Assembly (NCBI GenBank): GCA_036397835.1
Contig: DASWIG010000167.1
Location: 1 to 30,942, forward strand
Reading direction: 5' to 3'
DNA length: 30,942 bases
Source of the DNA: Thermoanaerobaculia bacterium
GTDB lineage: Bacteria; Acidobacteriota; Thermoanaerobaculia; Multivoradales; J023
The notes under the pieces were generated by a model. It was given only the letters and a program-made list of their open reading frames with translations. It did not search any database and was not told where the DNA came from. Positions within the stretch are counted from its first letter, which is position 1. The number at the start of each line of letters is the position of its first letter. The position numbers were made by a program, and so were the translations under genes. Below, piece after piece: positions 1 to 7,267 of this stretch.

Positions 1-1
1 T

Positions 2-259
2 CTCAACGGTCAGATCAACGAGGCCAAGCGCCGCGCCTCCAAGGCGCGGGTCGTCAAGAACCAGGTCATGGGGGAGTACGACAAGCTCTTCCTGCGCAGC
101 GTGCGGATCTTCGAGGACTGCTGCCGGTTCACCGGGCAGGATGAGCTGGCTGACCTGGTGCGGCCTTCCACCACCCGGCCCGGCCGGACCGTGGAGGAGC
201 CCGGGGAAGTGCCCGACGACGTGCTCGACCAGATCGGTGAGGTGCCCCAACAAGGATAG
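2..259 (+). CDS. C-terminal fragment of an upstream gene, product unknown (hypothetical)
   Basis: The reading frame is open from the window edge to TAG at 257-259 (..[53 protein letters not shown]..). Amino-acid composition is balanced. A GC-rich hairpin follows. I recognise no family. Confidence 0.4.
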   Translation, partial: LNGQINEAKRRASKARVVKNQVMGEYDKLFLRSVRIFEDCCRFTGQDELADLVRPSTTRPGRTVEEPGEVPDDVLDQIGEVPQQG

Positions 260-299
260 ACTGACGCCGGTCTGAATCCGTCCACTCCGTGGCGCCGAG

Positions 300-344
300 G
301 GCCGGGCCTCGCACCGAGCCCGGCCTCCGGCGCCCGTTTTCGGG
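300..344 (+). terminator. Putative terminator-like hairpin after the first gene
   Basis: Inverted repeat ggccgggc (300-307) / gcccggcc (318-325), then cccgTTTTcggg with a T-run at 337-340. The T-run is not immediately adjacent to the main stem, so the call is weak. Confidence 0.25.
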
Positions 345-673
345 ATCTCGCCATGACGATCGCCACCGACCTCGCTCCCTCCTTCGCGACGCTCGCGGGC
401 GGCCCCACGCCGCGGTCGCGGCGGCTGCTCAACCGCGTGGCCGAGGATCCCCTGCGCGCCCTCGACGACCGGCGGTGCCAGAAGCCCGCGTTCTGCGATA
501 GCCGACGCGGACGCTGAGCGTGCCGAATTGTGGTGCAGCCGGCCCGGCTGCACCCGGAGCAGGCGGGACGCCTGCGCCACAATCTGGCAACTTCCCGCCG
601 GCGCGCATATGATGGACGCCTCGCGATCAGCGGGGCGCGGCCATCGTCCCGTATCTTCTCAGGTTGTCTTGCC

Positions 674-2989
674 ATGCGCACGATCTACCACGAGTTCGAG
701 TCCCTGGAGCACCTCCTGGCCACCCGCCTGCTGCCCGGAGGCGGCGACCGCCCGGTCCGCTTCGTGGTCTTCGGCGGCACCGGCGCGGTGGGCGGCGCCA
801 CCGTGCTCGAGCTGTGCCGCCTGATCCTCATGTCGCCGCGCTACCGCCAGCGGCCGCTGCGCGGCGAGGTCTACGCCACCGGCCTCCACGACAAGGAGAT
901 CGTCGGCTTCGTCAAGCGGCTCTACATGGCCTTCGAGGGCGAGGCCGAGATCGAGAAGATCGAGCCCCGGCGCCACTACCGGCTCCGCGGCGCCATCGAC
1001 CTCCGTTTCTCCCACCTCCACCTCACCCTGCCGCAGGACCTCCACCAGCACGTGCTGGCGGCGCGCGAGGCCGGCGGCGGCGCGTTCGACCCCGAGGCGG
1101 CGCTGGCCGAGTACTTCGAGTCGCAGCCCAAGCCCTTCCTGCGCTTCGTCGAGGCCCTCGGCGAGGAGGAGCTGCTGCACGCCGTGGTGGTGGCCATCCC
1201 CCTGCCCAGCGTCGCCACCTACACCCTCGAGTCGATCGACCGGCTCAACGCCGAGCTCGGCCTCGACCACAAGACGCTCAAGCACGTCAAGTCGAGCTAC
1301 CTGAAGACCTTCATCCGCGGCCTGGCCACCATCCAGCAACGCTACGCCCGCCACGTGGTCATGGCCCACACCACCGCCGTCGGCGGCATGTACCGGGTCG
1401 ACGGCGGCGCCGCCGAGATCCGCCTCGGCTTCGCCCACAGCGCCCTCGGCAAGAGACTGGTCGACAAGAAGTACTTCGCCGACGAGCTCACCCAGCTCTA
1501 CATCGACCACGGCTTCTACGTGCTGGTGACGGCGGCGGCGATCGGCATCGACGCGGTCGAGCTCCACTGCCACCTGCCCCTGGACCGCGGCGTCAGGAAC
1601 GCGCTCCGCCGCGCCGTGGACGCGCGCCCCGAGTCGCCGCCGCTGCCCGCCGCCGACCTCGAGCAGGGCAACGTCCTCGTCTACCCCGCCCTCGACCTGG
1701 CGCTGGAGCCCACGGCGGAGAGGAGCGGGGGGGAGACCACCGGGGAGAGCGAGCCGCTCGTCTTCGGCGCCGGCAAGGAGCTCGCGGTGGACGCGGCGAT
1801 CCGCTCGGGCGAGAACGGCCTCTTCTCGGTCGCCAACTGCGACGCCCTCTACAACGTGATGAAGGTGGCGATCCCCGAGGAGCTGGCCATGGTGCTGGTG
1901 CGCTTCGCCCTCTTCGGACCCGAGCGCCGCCGCGACTGGTTCCAGGACAACCTCTGCTACTACACCGAGACCGAGAACGCCCACTTCGCCCTGCAGCTCC
2001 TCTACAGCTATCCCGAGCTGCGCCGCGCCTGCTTCGGTCCCTTCGCGATCCAGGCCTACCAGGCCCTGGGCTCTTCCACCCACCAGGCGCGTCTCCACGA
2101 GCTGGGCCTCGTGATGGTGCTGCTGCGCCTGCGCGACCTCGGCGCCCGCTTCGCCGAGATCCCCGAGAAGGAGCTCGCCGAGGGCCTGACCGACGTCGAC
2201 GGTTTCCTCTGGCTGCACACCTCCATCCCCGCCTTCGAAGACTTCGAGGCGCTCGACGCCGCCCGCCTCGAGGCGCTCTTCGGCGCCCTGTGCGAGGTCG
2301 AGACCATGGAGGACGCCGGCCTGCTCCTGGGCTACGACCCGCGCCGGCACGGCCTGCGCGAGAGCGGCCGCGAGCGCTTCCTCGCCCGCCTCGCGACCCG
2401 TATCGGCCGCTACGTGAGGACCATCACCTCGCTCGGCATCCCGATCGTCTACCGCAGCCCCTCGAGCGGCCAGACCCGACTGCTCCTGGGGCCCTACGTG
2501 GCGCCGCTCGACGCCGCCGCCACCTCGACGCACGACGTCGACGCCGCCTTCCGCGGCCTCGCCGGCGAGCACGGCGTACCCTACGAGACGGCCCGCGACT
2601 GGGTGATCGCCAACAACGGCTTCGTGGACCTGCGCGCCCACGCCCTCGTGAGCGCCGCCAAGGAGCCGGGCCCGCGCATGGGCGAGGCCGTGCGCGGCCT
2701 GGCCTCGGCCGAGGAGCTCGCGGCGTGGATCGACGCCCTGCCGGCGGGCTCCTACTTCACCACCTGCGGGCTGGTGGCCCTCGAATACCGGCTGCGCCGC
2801 CTCTACGGCAAGGTGCGCAGACGCCAGATCCGCCTCGGCACCCGCGAGACCTGGAAGCACCTCTTCCCGCAGGACGGCCAGGGGCGTTACCTGCTCTCGC
2901 CGGGCCTGATCGAGACCGCGCGCATGTACTCGGAAGGCCTGGGCAAGGTCACCGGCACCGAGGCCCTGTGGCCGGGATGGGGGTATTGA
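674..2989 (+). CDS. Large (about 771 aa) uncharacterised protein with an N-terminal NAD(P)-binding Rossmann motif
   Basis: ORF 530..2989. The likely start is the ATG at 674 (MRTIYHEFESLEHLL). A Rossmann-type motif VRFVVFGGTGAVGGATVLEL sits near the N-terminus. Composition is diverse and non-repetitive, unlike the Ala/Arg/Gly-rich overlapping alternative frames. The C-terminal two-thirds has no family I can name. Confidence 0.6.
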   Translation: MRTIYHEFESLEHLLATRLLPGGGDRPVRFVVFGGTGAVGGATVLELCRLILMSPRYRQRPLRGEVYATGLHDKEIVGFVKRLYMAFEGEAEIEKIEPRRHYRLRGAIDLRFSHLHLTLPQDLHQHVLAAREAGGGAFDPEAALAEYFESQPKPFLRFVEALGEEELLHAVVVAIPLPSVATYTLESIDRLNAELGLDHKTLKHVKSSYLKTFIRGLATIQQRYARHVVMAHTTAVGGMYRVDGGAAEIRLGFAHSALGKRLVDKKYFADELTQLYIDHGFYVLVTAAAIGIDAVELHCHLPLDRGVRNALRRAVDARPESPPLPAADLEQGNVLVYPALDLALEPTAERSGGETTGESEPLVFGAGKELAVDAAIRSGENGLFSVANCDALYNVMKVAIPEELAMVLVRFALFGPERRRDWFQDNLCYYTETENAHFALQLLYSYPELRRACFGPFAIQAYQALGSSTHQARLHELGLVMVLLRLRDLGARFAEIPEKELAEGLTDVDGFLWLHTSIPAFEDFEALDAARLEALFGALCEVETMEDAGLLLGYDPRRHGLRESGRERFLARLATRIGRYVRTITSLGIPIVYRSPSSGQTRLLLGPYVAPLDAAATSTHDVDAAFRGLAGEHGVPYETARDWVIANNGFVDLRAHALVSAAKEPGPRMGEAVRGLASAEELAAWIDALPAGSYFTTCGLVALEYRLRRLYGKVRRRQIRLGTRETWKHLFPQDGQGRYLLSPGLIETARMYSEGLGKVTGTEALWPGWGY

Positions 2990-3048
2990 CGCCGCCGGAC
3001 CGAATCCGGCGTCGCGAATGAAGAGACGCGCGCCGGCGTATCGCAACG

Positions 3049-3720
3049 ATGATGACCGGGATCCTGGAAGTCCTCCACCACGCCTTCAGCATGCCGACCG
3101 CGATCTTCAGCGTTCTGCTGATCCTGGTCATCCTCTACTGGCTCGTTTCCCTCCTCGGCATCTTCAGCCTCGAGATGTTCGAGGCCGCCGAGGGTCTTGC
3201 GGACGGCGCCGCCGACGCCCTCGCCGAGGCCGGCGAAAGCCTGGGCGAGGCCGCCGAGGGCGAGCGCCCCGGCCTGCTGCGGGGCTTCGACGACGTGCCG
3301 CGCTCGATAAGCTGGAGCCTGGTCGTCGTCTTCGCCTGGCTCTTCAGCCTGCTCGCCACGATCTACCTGCCGCGCTACACCGAGGTCGCCATGCAGGGCC
3401 TGGCGGCCGTGGCCATGGTCGGCGCCGTGTCGCTCATGCTCGCCGTGGCGGTGACCGCCGTCGCTCTCCAGCCCCTGCGCAAGGTCCTGGTGGCGGGCTA
3501 CGGCCCCTCGCGCCACGACCTCGTGGGCCGCGTCTGCGTGGTGAGGACGCAGAGCGTGACGGACGATTTCGGCCAGGCCGAGCTCGACGACGGCGGCAGC
3601 ATCCTCCAGGTGCGCAACCCGCAGCACTACGACTTCACCGGAGGCTCGCGCGGCCTGATCTACGAGTACGACCCGGCCCGCGAGGTCTTCTACATCATGC
3701 CGATGGAAGACGACGGATGA
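3049..3720 (+). CDS. YqiJ-like (NfeD/DUF1449-like) inner-membrane protein
   Basis: Hydrophobic N-terminal and central segments (IFSVLLILVILYWLVSLLGIF; AVAMVGAVSLMLAVAVTAVAL) are followed by a soluble beta-rich C-terminus (VGRVCVVRTQSVTDDFGQAELDDGGSILQVRN). It lies 18 bp upstream of a flotillin gene, which is the classic yqiJ-yqiK (NfeD-SPFH) arrangement. Confidence 0.5.
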   Translation: MMTGILEVLHHAFSMPTAIFSVLLILVILYWLVSLLGIFSLEMFEAAEGLADGAADALAEAGESLGEAAEGERPGLLRGFDDVPRSISWSLVVVFAWLFSLLATIYLPRYTEVAMQGLAAVAMVGAVSLMLAVAVTAVALQPLRKVLVAGYGPSRHDLVGRVCVVRTQSVTDDFGQAELDDGGSILQVRNPQHYDFTGGSRGLIYEYDPAREVFYIMPMEDDG

Positions 3721-3738
3721 CGACTTGAGGAGCTCGAA

Positions 3739-5778
3739 ATGATTCCACTTCCGAGAAAGGTTCCGCAAGGAAAAGCGCTGATCATCAGCAACTTCGCGCG
3801 CGGGACGGTCAAGGTCAGCTTCACCGGCGCCCTGGTGGTTCCCTTCATCCACAAAGTGGAGGAGATGGACATCTCGGTCAAGACGATCGAGCTCGACCGC
3901 CGCGGCTCCGACGGCCTGATCTGTCAGGACAACATCCGCGCCGACATCAAGGTCACCTTCTTCGTGCGCGTCAACAACACGCAGGAGGACGTGAAGAAGG
4001 TGGCGCAGGCCATCGGCTGCGAGCGCGCCTCCGACCAGAAGACGCTCGAGGCGCTGTTCATCGCCAAGTTCTCCGAAGCGCTGAAGACGGTCGGCAAGGG
4101 TCTCGATTTCGTCGACCTCTACACCAAGCGCAAGGAATTCCGCGACCAGATCATCGCGGTGATCGGCACCGACCTCAACGGCTACTCGCTCGAGGACTGC
4201 GCCATCGACTACCTCGAGCAGACGCCGCTGGCCGAGCTCGACAAGGACAACATCCTCGACGCCCAGGGCATCCGCAAGATCACCGAGCTCACCGCCATCG
4301 AGCACGTGAGCACCAACGACTTCCGGCGCAACGAAGAAAAGCAGATCAAGAAGCAGGACGTCGAGGCCGCCGAGGCCATCTACGAGCTCGAGCGCCAGCA
4401 GGCCGACGCCGAGTCGAAACAGAAGCGCGAGATCGAGTCGGTGCGGGCGCGCGAGCAGGCCGAGACGCTCAAGGTGCAGCAGGAAGAGCGCCTCAAGGCC
4501 GAGACCGCGCGCATCAAGGCCGAGGAAGAGATCGCCGTCCAGGAACAGAACAAGCAGCGCCAGGTCGAGGTGGCGCAGAAGAACCGCGAGCGGGTCATCG
4601 CGGTCGAGACCGAGCGCGTGGAGAAGGACCGGGTGCTCGAGGTCATCTCCCGCGAGCGCGAGACCGAGCTCCAGCGCATCGCCAAGGACAAGGAGGTCGA
4701 GAACGAGAAACGCGAGATCGCCAACGTGATCCGCGAGCGCATCGCGGTGGAGAAGACGGTGGCCGAGGAGGAGGAGGCGATCAAGCGCCTGCGGGTGGTC
4801 GAGGAGGCCAACCGCACGCGCGAGGCCACGGTGATCACCGCCGAGGCCGAGGCCCAGGAGAAGCTGGTCAAGGACATCAAGGCCGCCGAGGCCGCCGAGA
4901 TCGCCGCCGGCCATCGGGCCAAGGAGCGGGTGGTCCTCGCCGAGGCCGAGGCCGAGGAGAAGAAGATCAGGGACGTCAAGGCCGCCGAGGCCGGCGAGGA
5001 GGCGGCCCAGTTCAAGGCCCGCGAGCTCATCGCGCTCGCCGAGGCCGAGCTGGAGACGACCGACCGCAAGGCGCGGGCGCGGGTGCGCATGGCCGACGCC
5101 GAGCGCGACGCGGCGGAGAAAGAGTCCGAGGGCAAGAAGCTGCTCGCCGAGGGCGTCCAGGCCGAGTCGGCGGCCGTCGGCCTGGCCGAGGCCCGGGTGC
5201 TGCGCCGCAAGGGCATGGCCGAGGCCACGGCGATCCGCGAGAAGATCAAGGGCGAGGCCGAGGGCCTGACCGACAAGGCCAAGGCCATGGCCTCCCTCGA
5301 CGAACGCAGCCGCCAGCACGAGGAGTACCGCCTGCGCCTCGAGATGGAGCGCGCCGTGGAGCTCGCGGGCATCGACGCGCGGCGGCAGGTCGCCGAGGCC
5401 CAGGCCGTGGTGCTCTCCGACGGCCTCAAGAACGCCAAGATCGACATCGTCGGCGGCGAGTCGATCTTCTTCGACCGCCTGGTCAACGCCGTCTCGATGG
5501 GCAAGTCGGTCGACGGCTTCCTCAGGAGCGACGGCGGACGCACGCTCTTCAAGGACTACCTGGACGGCAAGGCGAGCTTCGCGGACGACCTGAGGAGCGT
5601 GCTCACCCGCCCCGCCCTCGACGCCGGCAAGGTCCGCGACCTGACGCTCGCGGCCTTCCTCGGCAAGGCGATGGCGTCGGCCGAGGGCGAGGAGAAGAGC
5701 AAGCTCGACCAGATCGCGCAGATCGTCCAGCGGCTGGGGCTCGACCAGGTGAAGGTCGGAGACTTGGGCGGCGAGTAG
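3739..5778 (+). CDS. Flotillin / SPFH (band-7) family protein, YqiK-like
   Basis: An N-terminal membrane hairpin and SPFH domain (ISVKTIELDRRGSDGLICQDNIRADIKVTFFVRV...) are followed by a long Glu/Ala/Arg/Lys-rich coiled-coil (EA-repeat flotillin tail). It is 679 aa, has a clean start with an upstream GGAG, and ends at TAG 5776-5778. Confidence 0.8.
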   Translation: MIPLPRKVPQGKALIISNFARGTVKVSFTGALVVPFIHKVEEMDISVKTIELDRRGSDGLICQDNIRADIKVTFFVRVNNTQEDVKKVAQAIGCERASDQKTLEALFIAKFSEALKTVGKGLDFVDLYTKRKEFRDQIIAVIGTDLNGYSLEDCAIDYLEQTPLAELDKDNILDAQGIRKITELTAIEHVSTNDFRRNEEKQIKKQDVEAAEAIYELERQQADAESKQKREIESVRAREQAETLKVQQEERLKAETARIKAEEEIAVQEQNKQRQVEVAQKNRERVIAVETERVEKDRVLEVISRERETELQRIAKDKEVENEKREIANVIRERIAVEKTVAEEEEAIKRLRVVEEANRTREATVITAEAEAQEKLVKDIKAAEAAEIAAGHRAKERVVLAEAEAEEKKIRDVKAAEAGEEAAQFKARELIALAEAELETTDRKARARVRMADAERDAAEKESEGKKLLAEGVQAESAAVGLAEARVLRRKGMAEATAIREKIKGEAEGLTDKAKAMASLDERSRQHEEYRLRLEMERAVELAGIDARRQVAEAQAVVLSDGLKNAKIDIVGGESIFFDRLVNAVSMGKSVDGFLRSDGGRTLFKDYLDGKASFADDLRSVLTRPALDAGKVRDLTLAAFLGKAMASAEGEEKSKLDQIAQIVQRLGLDQVKVGDLGGE

Positions 5779-5808
5779 CCTGCCGCGACACCCACGCCTC
5801 AAGAAAAA

Positions 5809-5835
5809 CCGCGGCGCTCAAGAGCAGCGCCGCGG
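5809..5835. terminator. Perfect 10-bp GC-rich hairpin right after the flotillin stop (terminator-like)
   Basis: ccgcggcgct (5809-5818), loop caagagc, agcgccgcgg (5826-5835). An A-run (agaaaaa) precedes it. There is no T-run on the + side, so it may be a non-canonical or bidirectional element. Confidence 0.4.
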
Positions 5836-5844
5836 AAACGATCG

Positions 5845-5962
5845 GAGGCGCTGAACCTGGCACAGCCGGGCGCGCTCGCCGGCGTCGATCGCCAGCTTCC
5901 TGGAGGCGGCCGGCGCGGCGGCGCTGGAGCTGGCCGGCAAGATCCTGGTGCGGCGGAGCTGA
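5845..5962 (+). pseudogene. 3'-terminal remnant (about 115 bp) of a paralogue of the acidic gene at 22925..23403 (minus strand)
   Basis: Nucleotide alignment with the reverse complement of 22925..23045 matches apart from a few mismatches and two single-base indels in the 5' part. The last 28 codons are in frame and encode PASIASFLEAAGAAALELAGKILVRRS*, versus ...AGRILVRRS* in the other copy. There is no start codon and no upstream ORF. The 5' part has lost the frame. Confidence 0.6.
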
Positions 5963-5982
5963 CGCGGAACCCTCACCCCCGG

Positions 5983-6005
5983 CCCCTCTCCCAGGGGGAG
6001 AGGGG
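5983..6005. repeat. GC-rich stem-loop cccctctccc-agg-gggagagggg
   Basis: Perfect 10-bp inverted repeat (5983-5992 / 5996-6005). The same CCCTCTCC...GGAGAGG hairpin motif recurs at 16246..16271. Confidence 0.5.
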
Positions 6006-6379
6006 AGTCGGATCTGATGGATGTTCGAGCCGGGGGGAGGATTTGGACGGCGTCAGCCGTCCGGAAATCCCCCCTCGGTCCCTTTGTCAAAGGGGGGAGG
6101 TGGACTCCTCGCTGGCGCCTCGGGGCCCGAGGCTCGGCAGGCTCCGCGGGCACCGTTTGGGATGTCGAGTCAGCCATCTTGCTGCTCTCAGTCCAGCTCG
6201 AAGAGGACGATTCCCTCCCGGGCGTCCTTGACAAGCGCAAGCCCTGCGGTCCTCAAGGACGGATCGGTCATTGAGGACTTCGTCCTCGAATGGATCGTTC
6301 TCCGCGTCGAAGCCGCGGATCGGCAGGCCCAGTCTGCCCTACGAGAGCCTCGCCATTCGTTCGTGCTAGGCTTTGCGGG

Positions 6380-7261
6380 ATGTGCCCGAGCCGGCGGCGT
6401 CCGACCCTTTTCACCCTCGCCCTGTACACCCTCCTCGCGGCGCTCACGGGTCCGGCGGCCCAAGCGGCGGACCGGTTCTACGAAGACCTCCTGCGCGAAG
6501 GCATCCTGACGGCGGAGCGCGGCGACGCGCCGCGCGCCGCGCGTCTCCTGCGCCTGGCCTGCTTCGGCCTGCTCGAGGAGCCGCCGGCCTTGGCGCGTTG
6601 CCTCGCCCATCTCGCCCTGGCGCAGGCGAGCCTCGACGACGGCGACGCCTTCTTCGCCACGTTCCAGCGCGTGCTCGAGATCGAGCAGCGCTTCTCCGCG
6701 TACAGCCGCGCCGAGCTCGGCGACGAGGCGCGCCGGCGATTCGAGGGCGCCCTTCGCGAGCGGGTCTCGCCCGAGGTCCTCGCGCGCTCGCCGGCCTTCC
6801 GCCATCTCGCCCAGGATGCGACCTCCGAGGTGGTGACGGACGAAGACAACGGCCCGCCCGTTTCGGCGCCCCCCAGGAGCTTGCCGCGGGAGGTGACGGC
6901 GGCGATCATCCACGCCCGCGAGGTCCGGGGCACGGCAAGCCGCGACGAGATCCTGCGCGAGCTCGAGGCCCTGCGTCCCCTGGCCGACGCCCATCCCAGG
7001 GTGGGGGAGCTGCAGCTCCTGACCGCGGAGCTCGCCTACCGGGTGCGGCGGTGGGAGGAGAGCCGGGCCTACTTCGAGCGGGGCGAGATCCGTCCCGACC
7101 AGCCGGCGCTCGCCTTCTACTTCGCCGTGACGCTCTACGAGACCGGCGAGACGAAGCGCGCGGTGGAGGTCCTGGAGCAGTGCCTGCCGCGTCTGCGCCG
7201 CAACCCCTTCGTCGACGAGTACGCGGCGAAGATCCTGGGCGCGGGCGCCGGGGGAGGCTGA
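6380..7261 (+). CDS. Secreted alpha-helical, TPR-like hypothetical protein
   Basis: ORF 6290..7261. The likely start is the ATG at 6380, giving a signal-peptide-like N-terminus MCPSRRRPTLFTLALYTLLAALTGPAAQAADRF. The body is helical and Leu/Ala/Arg/Glu-rich. It converges on topA with a 6-bp gap. Confidence 0.5.
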   Translation: MCPSRRRPTLFTLALYTLLAALTGPAAQAADRFYEDLLREGILTAERGDAPRAARLLRLACFGLLEEPPALARCLAHLALAQASLDDGDAFFATFQRVLEIEQRFSAYSRAELGDEARRRFEGALRERVSPEVLARSPAFRHLAQDATSEVVTDEDNGPPVSAPPRSLPREVTAAIIHAREVRGTASRDEILRELEALRPLADAHPRVGELQLLTAELAYRVRRWEESRAYFERGEIRPDQPALAFYFAVTLYETGETKRAVEVLEQCLPRLRRNPFVDEYAAKILGAGAGGG

Positions 7262-7267
7262 TCGCGG

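Noticed and set aside
353-505. 50-codon ORF (MTIATDLAPSFATLAGGPTPRSRRLLNRVAEDPLRALDDRRCQKPAFCDS) in the first intergenic region
   Set aside because: It is short, has no SD or recognisable motif, and lies in a GC-rich spacer where such ORFs arise by chance. It is noted in case small-protein proteomics says otherwise.
659-3046. Long overlapping ORFs 659..3046(-), 664..3021(+) and 2887..5802(-) opposite or alongside the Rossmann and flotillin genes
   Set aside because: Their translations are dominated by Arg/Ala/Gly/Pro/Leu runs, as expected for alternative frames of 70%-GC coding DNA. The co-directional frames (674..2989, 3049..3720, 3739..5778) have balanced composition and recognisable domains.
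5818-6240. ORF 5818..6240(-) and ORF 22869..23099(+), which share the peptide LRRTRILPA.SSAAAPAASRKLAIDAG.RAR
   Set aside because: The shared peptide is just the antisense-frame translation of the duplicated gene fragment (5845..5962 versus 22925..23045). It is not an independent conserved protein.
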